A stretch of DNA of 64,000 nt, taken from Eledone cirrhosa (lineage: Eukaryota). The translations under genes were made by a program, and so were the position numbers. Under the pieces are notes generated by a model. It did no database searches. It saw only the letters and a program-made list of their open reading frames with translations, and was not told where the DNA came from. Shown here one piece after another: positions 52,390-64,000 of the stretch (the first letter of the stretch is position 1; each line of letters opens with the position of its first letter). The DNA lies in the NCBI GenBank assembly GCA_964016885.1, contig OZ024743.1, positions 353,214,001-353,278,000 on the forward strand, given 5' to 3'.

Positions 52390-53150
52390 GGATGAGAGAG
52401 AGAGAGAGGTGATAAAGGAATGAGAGAGAGAGGTAAGAGGGGGAGAGAGAGGTGATAAAGGAATGAGAGAGAGGTAAGAGGGGGAGAGAGAGGTGATAAA
52501 GGAATGAGAGAGAGGTAAGAGGGGGAGAGAGAGAGAGAGGTAAGATGGAGAGAGAGAGGTGATAAAGGAAAGAGAGAGAGAGGTAAGATGGAGAGAGAGA
52601 GGTGATAAAGGAAAGAGAGAGAGAGGTAAGATGGAGAGAGAGAGGTGATAAAGGAAATAGAGAGAGGTAAGAGGAAGAGAGAGAGGTGATAAAGGAAAGA
52701 GAGTGAGGTAAGAGAGAGATAAAGGAATGAGAGTGAAGTGAGAGAGAGAGGTGATAAAGGAAAGCGAGGTAAGAGAGAGGTGATAAAGGAAAGCGAGGTA
52801 AGAGAGAGGTGATAAAGGAAAGAGAGTGAGGTAAGAGGGAGGGAGAGGGAGGGAGAGAGAGAGAGAGAGAGGGGTGATAAAGGAAAGAGAGTAAAGTGAG
52901 AGAGAGAGAGTGAAGTGAGAGAGAGAGAGAGGTGATAAAGGAAAGAGAGTGAAGTGAGAGAGAGAGAGAGAGAGGTGATAAAGGAATGAGAGTGAGGTAA
53001 GAGGGAGAGAGAGAGTGGTGATAAAGGAAAGAGAGTGAGTAAGAGAGAGAGGCGATAAAGGAAAGAGAGGGGGAGAGAGGTGATAAAGGAAAGAGAGTAA
53101 GGTGAGAGAGAGTGAGAGAGTGAGAGAGAGAAATAGAGATAGAGAGAGTG
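52390..53150 (+). repeat. GA-rich minisatellite
   Basis: Recurrent GGTGATAAAGGAA and GAGGTAAGA motifs separated by (GA)n. Confidence 0.95.
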
Positions 53151-53515
53151 ATTGATGACATTAAACATCCTGAAATAAAAATTCAATATACTTGACCTAA
53201 CACATTGATAATGATCGATACATCAAATGAAATGTTTTTCTTTTCTTACTCCACAACACAATCTGTATAGTACAGTGTAAAACATTAGAATGTAATAAAG
53301 TAAATATATCCTGTTGCTATCATTGATGAGTATTCCCAATGTTCGGTCAACTAAACAGCCTACTCATTCAATTATAAAGTAAGTGTTTCAGTATTACTTA
53401 TATGTGTGGTTTTAACTGTTTAATTTCCATATTTCTGATGAAATACACTACCTATAATTTAAAGAGATAAAACAAACTAAGTTTTTCATTATTTATCTGG
53501 TGTTTGGAAACTTAC

Positions 53516-53743
53516 TTAACCCTTTAACATTTAAACTGCCCATATCTGGCCAGAATTCTCACTTTTTTCTGTTCAAACCTGCCATAACCAGCCACTCATA
53601 CTTATGTTAAATATTGTTCTCAAAATAAATAATATCAAAATCTCGCAGATTCGATATTATGTGAGATAATTATGTAAGATAAAGCCTTTACCATGAAAAT
53701 ACAATAGTATATATATAGAGTAATGTAAATGCTAAATGATTAA
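53516..53743 (+). mobile_element. piggyBac-type MITE
   Basis: TTAA ends and family body. Confidence 0.85.
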
Positions 53744-53919
53744 GGATGAATTCTAGACAGATATCCTTCCTGCTCCAAGATGAACTTCAGTCATATCAGT
53801 CATCTCATCCCTCTAACTTATTTAAAAAATAAAACAAAATAAAAACAATAAAACTATCCATCCTAGCAGTCATTACCCTGGGCCAGAATCCTTTTGAGGC
53901 CTTAACACTTTAAAAATTA

Positions 53920-55566
53920 TGGTGCCTCTACTGTGGCTTCCTTCTACTGGGATTTTCTGACACTTCTTCACCCAGCGATTTTCATTCACACACATCACAT
54001 GCCCACACCTATGCTGTCTTCTCTTTTGCACTCCACATCGGATTCCTTTTAAACCCAGTGTTTCCTTCAGTTCATCCAAGCTCTGCCTTTCTCTCACATT
54101 TACATTGCACATCCAATGAAGCATGGTTGCTTCATTTCTCTTCAGTCTACACATGTCCTCTGCAGTCACAGCACATTTTACTACCATGCAAGCATTGCAC
54201 TTCGCACACAGGTGTCATACAGCCATCCTTTTGTACATAGGGATGAAACCTTTTGTCTACAGTGAGAGTAGCTCTCTAAATTTATTCCATCCTATCCTTA
54301 TTCTAACTATTATGCTCTTGGAGAACCCTCCTCTGCTGCTAATTAGGTTACCTAGATAGTAGAAGCTATTATCCACTTCTATGGATCCTTCATGTGGTTG
54401 GAAAAGAATTATATCACTGATGCTCTTCCCATTGATTACCCCTGTGCATCTTCTACAGATAAAGTTTTTGCTTCCTGTTAGTCTGCCTGTTGTCTCACTA
54501 CATCTCTTGGGTGTCCAAGATTTACATTGTGTGCATCATATGGAACTTATACCTACTCCTTTTCTACATATTGAGCAGGGCCACTTCACTGAAGGTATCA
54601 GCATCCTATCTTCTCTCCTACATACTAGCACTTTAGTTTTGGCTAAGTTTACTATCAGACCTTTGATTCCAAATTCTGTTTCCATAGTCAGAACTTATTC
54701 TCTAGTTCTTTTATGGATTCAGTTATAAGGACCATATCATCCACATAGAGAAGTTCCCATGAACAGCCAATCTTAAACTCCTGTTATGGCCTGGAGAACT
54801 ATAATGAACAGCAGTGTGCTGAGAACCAAACCCTGATGAACTCTACATGCACCATGAATTCCTCACTATACTCACTTCCTACTCTCACTTTACTGACAGC
54901 TCCCCTGTACATGGCTTGCACTGCTCTCACAAGCCATTCTTCTACTCCTAATTTTCTTAAGGACCATCAGATAACAGAACGAAGTACTCTGTCAAAGGCC
55001 TTTTCTAGATCAATGAAAGCTAAATACAGTTGATTATTCTTGGATAGGAACTTGTCTTGTAGTTGTCTCACTAAGAAGAGGGCATCTATAGTACTTTACC
55101 CTGATACAAAACTGAACTGCATCCCTTGTAGAAATTTATGATTGTACTGCTGCACCAATCATTGGGATGACAACGTCCTGTATTACCTGATTGACTATGC
55201 AGGTTACTAGTTCAGTTCTTAATTATCCTGATGCTTTTAGCATCTCGGCAACTATCTCTGATGGTCCTGCAGCTTTACCATTCTTCATCTTGATTGCTTC
55301 TTTGACTCTATAACTGGTCCCTCTGTTGGCTAAGTTGGGGGTAGTCTCTCTTACTTCAATACATTCTCTACATTCATCAGCCTCTCATATCATTTCCAGG
55401 CCTCTTTCTTTTGAGCACCAGTGTCATTTCTAACACATTTTCCCCCAACAACATCCCAATTCACACTGCCATACTGCCTTGCAATGTGGAACACTTCACA
55501 TCTCTGATCCTCACATCGCAAGACATTTAAAAACGTTCTCTCTTCAGCCTCTTTCTGAGCTAAGTA
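53920..55566 (-). mobile_element. RTE LINE, decayed
   Basis: Collinear with the 38480-40930 copy. Confidence 0.88.
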
Positions 55567-55579
55567 GAGTATATATATA

Positions 55580-56244
55580 TATATATGGATGTATATATAA
55601 TGTATTTTGCAATACACTTTATGCTTAATTAAAAGCATTTTGAAGACCGTAAGCTATTGTTTTAAAGTAGTGACAAATTCACTCACTTTGATCTCAGCAA
55701 ACAGGGGAGATAAGCCGACAAGTCTTGTTTCGCTTTGGTTGAAGCTTATCAAGGCCAACTACCCCACCTCTTTACTGAGATCATTGATGTTATATTCTTA
55801 TAGAAATCTAGTAAATAATCAGGAGCTGATTATGCAGAGCGGTTGTTGGTCAGGCAGAAATTAAAAATTAGAATTGGAGCTCTGAAATAGCAATATATAT
55901 ATGGATGTATGCTATTTCAGAGCTCCAATTCTAATTTTTAATTTCTGCCTGACCAACAACCGCTCTGCATAATCAGCTCCTGATTATTTACTAGATTTCT
56001 ATAAGAATATAACATCAATGATCTCAGTAAAGAGGTGGGGTAGTTGGCCTTGATAAGCTTCAACCAAAGCGAAACAAGACTTGTCGGCTTATCTCCCCTG
56101 TTTGCTGAGATCAAAGTGAGTGAATTTGTCACTACTTTAAAACAATAGCTTACGGTCTTCAAAATGCTTTTAATTAAGCATAAAGTGTATTGCAAAATAC
56201 ATTATATATACATCCATATATATATTGCTATTTCAGAGCTCCAA

Positions 56245-56251
<7 letters not shown>
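55580..56251. mobile_element. Palindrome of a 316-nt hammerhead-containing unit (retrozyme-like or non-autonomous PLE)
   Basis: The arms are perfect inverted copies; each covers one 316-nt period plus a terminal redundancy; (TA)n flanks. Confidence 0.85.
56047..56088 (+). ncRNA. Type I hammerhead ribozyme, U3-A8 variant (mirror copy in left arm)
   Basis: GCC-TTGATAA-GCTT-CAACCA-AAGC-GAAA-CAAG-A-CTTG-TC-GGC; GUC cleavage triplet. Confidence 0.85.
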
Positions 56252-56295
<44 letters not shown>

Positions 56296-56945
56296 GGGCT
56301 GCAATTGGCAATGTTCTGATCACAGTTTCCTCAAATCACATCCTACTATGTTAAAAAGGAAAGATACTTCAATTTGAATAACAGTCCTGAAAAATATGAC
56401 ATTAACAACATGACTGGAATTCATTCAGAGTTGAATTGGGACTAAACAACAACAGCTAATAATGGTTATAGAGGGAAAGATAGGTTGTGAGAGTGTATGA
56501 GATAGAAAGGAAGATGTGGAAGAAAACTAGCAAACAAGAGACGGAAAAAAAGAAAGAAAGAAGTGAAGAGCTTGAACGAGGAGAAAGGAAAAGAGAAGGG
56601 TAAGAGATAGAACGGCATAGACACATAGACAGGAAAAGAAAAAACATACAGATGTTATGGAAACAAAAGAAGTGAGAGAAATTGTAAAAACTTAGATGGT
56701 TTCATTATGGGTAGTTACTGGCACAGAAGATGTCTAACTTAAGGCACTACTACCTTTGTAATGTTAAAAAAGACAAAGAAATTTTAAATAAAGGAAGAGA
56801 AAAGATCACTATGGGACAGGGTATGATTAGAAAGAGAAAGAAAGAGCAAAAGAGAGAAAGGGCGAAGAGTATGGAAAAACAGAATGCAATAGATAACATT
56901 GAAAAGAATTCAGCATACATGTCACAGACATTATACATATGTATG

Positions 56946-56984
<39 letters not shown>

Positions 56985-56989
<5 letters not shown>

Positions 56990-57090
56990 ATAGAAATGGC
57001 TTCTACAGGAATAGAACTGTTTCATTTGAAGGAAATCATCAGGAAAGTACTTTACTTACTGTGGTTACCCCCGATTGAAGCCAGTCTACA
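56985..57090. mobile_element. PLE terminus remnant, family of 25317-25507
   Basis: Minus-strand CTGATGA-TTTCCTTCAAAT-GAAA fused to the plus-strand tail TTACTTACTGTGGTTACC; next to (TA)n. Confidence 0.72.
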
Positions 57091-57231
57091 CAAACACACA
57101 CACATATATATGCGTGTGTTTTAAAAGACATAAAAGCAAACACTAACTGAACAAAGGGCTCAATATATGTGTATAGTGAAATATAAAAACGTTTGCAGCT
57201 CGACGTTTCATTGGTGGTGGCTTATACAAAT

Positions 57232-57274
<43 letters not shown>

Positions 57275-57428
57275 ATATATATATATATATGTATGTATAA
57301 TAGTTATAAATCAAAGTTTTAGCTGTTGTATATCAAGTACTAATTGATTTGTTTGAGGCGTATATATATCATCATCATCATCATTTTACGGCTGCTTTTC
57401 CCTGCTTGCAAGGGTGGGACGGGCCCTA

Positions 57429-57475
<47 letters not shown>

Positions 57476-57500
57476 AGGAAGTATAAGTTACTGTAGGTTT

Positions 57501-57540
<40 letters not shown>

Positions 57541-60140
57541 TGGGGGGGGGGGGGGGCTACAAAAAGATAGATACTGAAACAGTTAAAAGAATAAGAAGGA
57601 ATGAGTAAAGAAGCTGAGGTGGAGAGACTTGTGTATATTATGTGAGGTCAAGACAAACAACATATCAACTAACAAGGCAGTAGTGTTGTTGGTGTTAATC
57701 AGTTCCACTCCTACCCTGCCCCCCTCCCCCCATCCCAGCATATATTCAACCACTTCAACCATCATTGCTACCACTATACCACCAACACTACTGTTATCTT
57801 TGACTACCCCATCCCAACCATCAACACCACCATAACCACCACTACATGACCTTTTTCAAATCAAACCCTTACTGTCTTATATAGGCAGGGCATATTAGAT
57901 AATATAGTCCTAAATACCCCTTAAATGACAGGATGGCCATGATTGGAATGCTGTCAATCAAATGTCTAATCTATCAGGGTTAACTTGGAGCTAAACAACA
58001 TTATCATTACCAACACCCACTGTAGGCTACCAAGTGACTACTCACCCTGCTAGAAATAGCAGTCAAAAAGTCCCTCACTCAACTCTCTCCAAAAGAGAGC
58101 GTCATATGATGGGATGGTGCCATGGCTGTAATGCCTTTGATCATAGGTGTGTTCAACCTTGGCTGACCTGGGGCTAAACAACAACATTGATGTTATATAT
58201 CATCTTAACACATCTTCACTGTTAAATACTGTACTAGCATCCCTCACCAAAATCACCAGTGCCTCCACCTCCACCACCACCACCACCACCATTACCTATA
58301 CCATCATCAACAGCACTACTCTGCCTTCACCACTTTTAACATCATCATCACCATTACTATTACCAGCAACAACACTAATAGCCTCATCACCACCACCACC
58401 ACCACCACCACCACCACCACCACCACCAAAATTATTAAAAATATCAGGCACAGCCAGCAGTAACATCATCACCTTCAGCTCTCCTATCACTGCTTAAAAC
58501 TAAGAAAAGAGCAGTATAACAGATACATAAGATGGAGAGAGAGAGAGGGGGGGAAGTAGGCCAGAGGTAGTATCCTTGGTGAAGGAAATATAGTGGAGAC
58601 AAACAGTAGAGGAGGTGGTGGGGGAGGAGGAGTCCTCCAGTAACAACAATGGTGTAAGCTGGCACAACAAAACACATCTGGTGTTAGTATTCATGTTGTC
58701 ACTAGTTTGCTTTCTATTATATATCCTAGTCCACTGGCAACATCACCATTCATACACTGTAGTTGTTTAGGGTTTTTTTTTTATTTTTAGGATAAGAAAA
58801 CCTTATAACATAATTGTAAAATGGGCCTGCCCAAGCCCTGATATCAGAGAGGGGCGGCATCATCCAGTATGTCCTAGTTGCTTTATCTGTCCAATTAAGG
58901 AGAGAAGCTAAAAAAGATATCCATAGTCTTCTTACTGAACATGTTAACAGCCTAATCAGAAAGGAAACATCAGAACACCACAGGATACCTTTAATCATAG
59001 GCAAGTAACATCAAAAGTGGGGAGTCAAGTGGACCAAGTATGGTCCTACTTGCTTCCAGTTCTATTTTTTTTATTTCAAGGTCACCAATAGGTGGCCTGT
59101 GGTCATTGAGATGTTCTCTGTGGGCCTTGGACTTTTTCAAATGTAAGATATGATGATAATATATTTAAGGGCTATGGGCAAACTAAAACAATCAAAAGTA
59201 AGATGTTACAAAAAGAAGTTGCTGATCCCTGTTTTATTCTGTTACCTGTAAGTATAGCATATATATAGCTAAACAACAATATCAATGGTGAGCCCTCAAA
59301 AAAAAAAAAAAGTTTAAATCTTACATCAATGGATTAAAGAGACGTGGGCTTCTGAAAAAAACCTTAATTTTTTTCAAGAATGAAACCTTTCGATGAATAT
59401 CTGAATTCTAAGAACAAAATATTCTTGTCCTTATTTTAAAACATTTGCTTTCTTCTAGGAAACACTACTATCCATAGACCCACTATAATTGACATCTTCC
59501 TGCAAACGTTTCACACACTCCACACATACAATCTTCTCCAACTCTAAATCCTATGTTTCCATACATTCATCTAACACACCAACCTCTAATACTCCTATGG
59601 ACAGACCCACTGTGATGGTTTCTACATTTGATACTACTTCAACTTTAAAAGCATTCATCACTAACTGTATGTAATAGTTTTTCTATAATATACAGTCATC
59701 ATAATACCAACAGTGACAACTTTCTTCAAATCATTAAAACTCACATAGTATCTCTTTCAATAGTACACCCTATGGTATACAGTTAATATATAGCTGTACT
59801 TCCTTGACCTAATAATGGATACCATGTTTCAGTTTTATTCAGCCATTGAAAGATTATATCTGCTACTATGTCATTTCTAACAATATGCACACAATAATAT
59901 CAAAGGCAATAAATATATAATAACAGACAGGTTGTCACCTGTTTTTTTTTGTTTTTTTTCTTACAATTCAACTCATAAACTATATACAATTCACATTTGT
60001 TCTCATTGTTCCTCTGAAATGTATTGATCAGCCATTTGTAAAGATTAAGGTCTGAAGATTACTAAGCAGATGTAAATATATATTATCTCCAATAAAATAA
60101 TCTACATTCAATATGAAACAAGCCAGTATCCTTACATAAT

Positions 60141-60304
60141 TGTTTCTACTTTTGGCACAAGGCCACCAAATTACCCAGTATATTACTGGTACTTTATTTT
60201 ATCAACCCCGTAAGGATGAAAGGCAAAGTTAACCTTGGCGGAATTTGAACTCAGAATGGCAAGGGCCGTAACTCAATGCGTTAAAGCATGGCGTCCGACC
60301 CTCT
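60141..60304 (-). mobile_element. Meta-like SINE, 5' truncated, with TSD
   Basis: 12-bp TSD TCCTTACATAAT (60129-60140, 60305-60316). Confidence 0.9.
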
Positions 60305-60504
60305 TCCTTACATAATGTTGTATAATATTGTTATGTAACTACCATCATAATCATCATTTTATATTCACTTTTCTATACTTGTAACGACTGAACAGATTTT
60401 CTTCAGCACAGCCTCCCTCCACTTGGATTTCTTCATCTCCTCTGAGAGGTTCAATGCCCTGGGATCAGCTCTCTCTCCACACACATTGATTCATATATTG
60501 TATT

Positions 60505-60962
60505 TGATAGGTCGGTTGTATGATGCCTATGTGAGGTGCGCAATGCTGCATGGAAGTGAGACATGGACAGCAACTGCAGAGGATATGCGAAGGCTGGAGA
60601 GAAATGAAGCAAACATGCCCCGATGGATGTGCAATGTCAATGTGCGTGAACGACCAAGCATGAACGAGTTGAGAGTGAAACTGTGTATAAGAGGAATAAA
60701 CTGTAGTGTGCAGGAGAAAAGACTGTGTTGGTATGGCCATGTGATGTGCATGGAAGATGACAACTGAGTGAAGAAGTGCCAAGAAATCCCGGTGGAAGGA
60801 AGACCGTAAAAAATATGGGTGGAGGTGGTGAAAGCTGACCTCAGATCGCTGAAGCTCACAGAAGAGATGACGAAGGACCGTGACGAATGGAGAGATGTTG
60901 TGCTGAAGAGGAACTGTCCCACCCTTGTAAGCAAGGAAAAGCGAATGTAAAATGATGATGAT
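60505..60962 (+). mobile_element. RTE LINE 3' fragment
   Basis: GRLYDAYVRCAMLHGSETW...RLCWYGHV; (GAT)n tail. Confidence 0.9.
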
Positions 60963-61899
60963 AACTAATAAGGAATATGCAACACCAAAACATTGTTTTT
61001 TCTCACAGCATCTTATGTTGTTGTGGCCTAGCATCAGCATCCTTCAACAAGCAGGTCTTTTATCAAAAGCATTTCAACTGTGATCATATTCTATACAAAC
61101 TATCAAAATGCTGGGTTATATGAAATTCTTTTTAGTAAAAGTAGGAATCCCAAGAAAAAAATGTAACAACAGTTGATTGTTGGTTATTTTCTGTTTTGAG
61201 ATTCCTACTATGACCATATTATTTTTTACTTCTCAGGCATAGCATATCCTTGGGGTACATTATCAAATTGCATTCCTCTAGTATGAGTACATGTTATTGT
61301 TGTTTAACACTAAGTCAGCCCTGATCAAGAAAATCCATGGCTGAAGACATTCAAGCTATGATCATCTCAATTGTATGTACTTCCTGTTTTATGATAGTAA
61401 GATGTGTTTTGAGGGTGATATGAGTGCTATTTCTATCAGTTAGCAGCTCCCCGTTTGGCTTTTCCCACTGTCTATCTAATTTGTCAAATAGGTCACAGAC
61501 TCTAGCTGGAAAGGTAGGAATCTGTGGTATATTTAAGGGCACACCTTATCTATCACCAGTCATAAAATTATTGATGTTTTTATTTTAATTTTATTTATTT
61601 GGTTTTTGTTTCAGGAGACAAGTGAAGGAGATTAACATACATCACTATAGCGAAATCTGATTCAATCTAGCAACTGAGTCAGAACAATTGTGTTATTACA
61701 CTCCACTTCTGTTCAAAGCAGGACCCTGGAGTTTCTTGAATTTAAGATATTGTTGTGTTCTCATATGGCAACAGGAATATGTTTGATCACACACACTGTC
61801 TGTGTCAACACTGATGTTTTGTAGACATAGCAATAAATCTCCATATTTACAGCATTAACTTTGAGAGACAACCTATTAAAACCTAATTATTGTTATAGG

Positions 61900-62110
61900 T
61901 TGTTTTTGTTAGGCCCCACTTCAGCTCTGGCATATGATGAAAGACATTTAAGCTGTGACCTTCCTGTCTTTTTTTTCCAGGGTTAGTGGACCCAATACCA
62001 TATTATCTAATGTAGCCTTCCTTTTCAAAGAGTAGGTACTGTGTTGTTTTAGAAAGATCCAGCTGCTATTTCTAGAAGGTCAAACGACCGTATAGCAGCT
62101 CCCTCATTAT
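61900..62110 (+). repeat. Old ~200-bp dispersed repeat (copies ~21965, 32155, 43450, 50530, 56310, 57860, 58040, 61290)
   Basis: Shared TTGTTGTTTAGCCC...TGATCAAAGGCATTCCAGC...TACATTAT...GCTGCTATTTCTAG pattern; class not determined. Confidence 0.6.
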
Positions 62111-62162
62111 AATTATAGGTAAAACAAAAGGTAAAAATCAAACACATTTATAATTGTATAAA

Positions 62163-62609
62163 GAAGGCACATGGCTTAGTGGTTAGAGCATTGGGCTTGC
62201 AATCGAAAGGTTGTGAGTTCAATTCTCGGACCGGGTGATGTGTTGTTTCCTTGAGCAAGACACTTTATTTCACATTGCTCCAGTTTACTCAGCTGTAGAA
62301 ATGAGATGATAGGACTGGGTTCTCTATCATTCCACTGCAAAGTGGTTGTGGAGGTGCCACGGCAAAAAAGCACCCAGCCCACACTGTAAAAGTGGACGTG
62401 TAGGCGCCACGGAAGAAAAAAAGCACCCAGCACTCACTGTAAATGAGGTTGGTGTTAGGAAGAGCATCCAGCTGTATAAATCAAGCCAGAATCAGTTCCC
62501 GTATGAGCAAGTCAAGGTCAGCCGACCGGACACTGCCCACAACAGGACAACCCGTCTAACCCATGCTAGCGTGGAAGAACGGACATAAAACGGTGAATGA
62601 TGATGATGA
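62163..62609 (+). mobile_element. CORE-like SINE, full length, with 3' half shared with RTE 45138-47155
   Basis: Box A TGGCTTAGTGG, box B GTTCAATTC, CORE-like block, 3' ~270 nt matching 46905-47155, (GAT)n tail. Confidence 0.9.
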
Positions 62610-62814
62610 AAGAAATAAAACCTAATTTTAATTTCTTTATACACACTAGACTTTTAATCATTTGAAACCATTATATTGTCCCAATGCTTTAGAAAACTGC
62701 TCAAAACTCAATCAATGTGTATGTACATATATATAGTTAATAAATGAAAAAAACAAAACACAAGAGGTAATTTTACAGTTATATTAGGTTCACACTTAGT
62801 GGAAGTGGAGGAGG

Positions 62815-62850
62815 TTTCAATGTTTCGGACAGAAGTCCTTCTTCAGGAAA
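62815..62850 (-). ncRNA. Isolated minimal hammerhead motif (probably decayed)
   Basis: Reverse complement TTTC-CTGAAGA-A-GGAC-TTCT-GTCC-GAAA-CATT-GAAA. Confidence 0.6.
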
Positions 62851-64000
62851 GTTTGGATAGGGAGAGAACAGATACATATATGATGATGATGATGATGACA
62901 CACATACACACATAAATATATATATATTTTTATCATCACCATCGATTAACGTCTATCTTCCATGCTAGCATGGGTTAGATGGGTTTGTCCCATTTAGAGG
63001 CAAGTTGGGTCAGGTGACTGTGTCTCACTCATATAGTAGTGATTCTGGCTGGTTTTCTACAGCTGGATACCCTTCCGAATGCCAACCACATTGACAGTGT
63101 GTGCTGGCTGCTTTTTGCCGTGTCTTTTCACGTCCAATTTACAGTGTGGGCTGGGTGCTTTTTGTCGTGAGACCTACACGATGACTTTACAATGTGGGCT
63201 GGATGTTTTGTGGTACCAGCATAATATATATATATATATATACACATGCACATATGATAATGACATACACATATATTTGCGTGCATATACACATACCATA
63301 TTATGTAATATACATATCATACATATACATACACACTTCATATTTATACACATAAATATATCATCAACCTCGTCGATTAGCGTCAATCATTCATGGGTAG
63401 GATAGATTGACCCTCAGGGAAAAAAATCAGGTCAGAGGACCATGTTTAGCTCACCCGGGGCAGATTTTGGCTTGGTTTCTACAGCTGGATGCCCTTCCTA
63501 CTGCCAACCACATTTACAGTGTGTGCTGGGTGCTTTTTGTCATGTCACCTACACAACCACATTACAGAGTGAACTGGGCACTTTTGTTGTGACACCTACA
63601 TGACCACTTTACAGTGTGGACTGGGCACCTTTGTCATGTCACCGACACAACCACTTTACAGCGGGGGACTGAGCACCTTTGTCTTGGGACTAGGGAGAGG
63701 GGAGGAAGCTTCGGGAAAATGTGGACAGGGTAGTAAGGGAGGTATGGTTACCGCTAAGGGAGGTGAATGAGAGAGGATAGAAGGTTGAAGAAGGTGTTGC
63801 CTAATAGATGTAAGCCTCAGCCTGAGAATAATAGAGCACGGGTCTTCTGTAAAACTGCAAGTCACAGTCCTGTGTCATTGCCTTTGAGCGGTGTAATTGT
63901 GCAAGGTCACTTTTTATTACCTCATCCTAAGTCTTCCTAGGCCTGCCCACACCATAGCTACCATCGACTTTGAGCGCTCTGCACTATATATATATATATA

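Noticed and set aside
52202-53186. 319-aa and 272-aa S/L-rich ORFs
   Set aside because: Translations of the GA-rich minisatellite.
53245-53270. Possible minus-strand micro-exon (TACAG...GTAAG) of anamorsin
   Set aside because: Only 13 nt, wrong phase for joining the terminal exon, and does not encode the expected KSACGN-type sequence.
55607-56195. Two identical 85-aa ORFs on opposite strands
   Set aside because: Consequence of the palindrome; non-ATG start, antisense to the hammerhead strand, no recognisable domain.
58147-58694. Pro/Thr/Gly-rich ORFs
   Set aside because: Derived from (CAC)n/(CAT)n simple repeats.
62163-62235. tRNA gene-like heads (also 2939, 5850, 12918, 17451)
   Set aside because: They continue into SINE bodies and tails; not standalone tRNA genes.

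Overview
AT-rich, microsatellite-dense animal genomic DNA. The SINE repertoire and (TA)n/(CA)n density suggest an octopod cephalopod, which is an inference. Almost all of the window is transposable-element derived. The one clear host-gene signal is the terminal coding exon of anamorsin (CIAPIN1/Dre2) on the minus strand at 44210-44302, which the ORF track missed. The dominant class is Penelope-like retroelements (PLEs) with a YRDD reverse transcriptase (RT), a CxC-x5-C linker and a C-terminal GIY-YIG endonuclease, consistent with the Hydra clade. They sit in (TA)n tracts, mostly as inverted twin or palindromic insertions whose termini carry minimal type I hammerhead ribozymes, including U3-A8 and U4A core variants. 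Also present: RTE, CR1 and CRE-like LINEs, CORE-like and Meta-like SINEs, a tandem Helitron array, a non-coding LTR element, piggyBac-type MITEs and a mariner relic. Three signals stand out. (1) A covarying RCTC...RTYGAGY stem directly follows the point where the second arm starts in six divergent PLE twin insertions. (2) A 316-nt hammerhead unit is copied more than once around in both arms of a palindrome, like a retrozyme or circular RNA. (3) PLE ORFs carry in-frame TGA codons, one at a conserved Cys. Coordinates were read by eye and boundaries of decayed elements are approximate.
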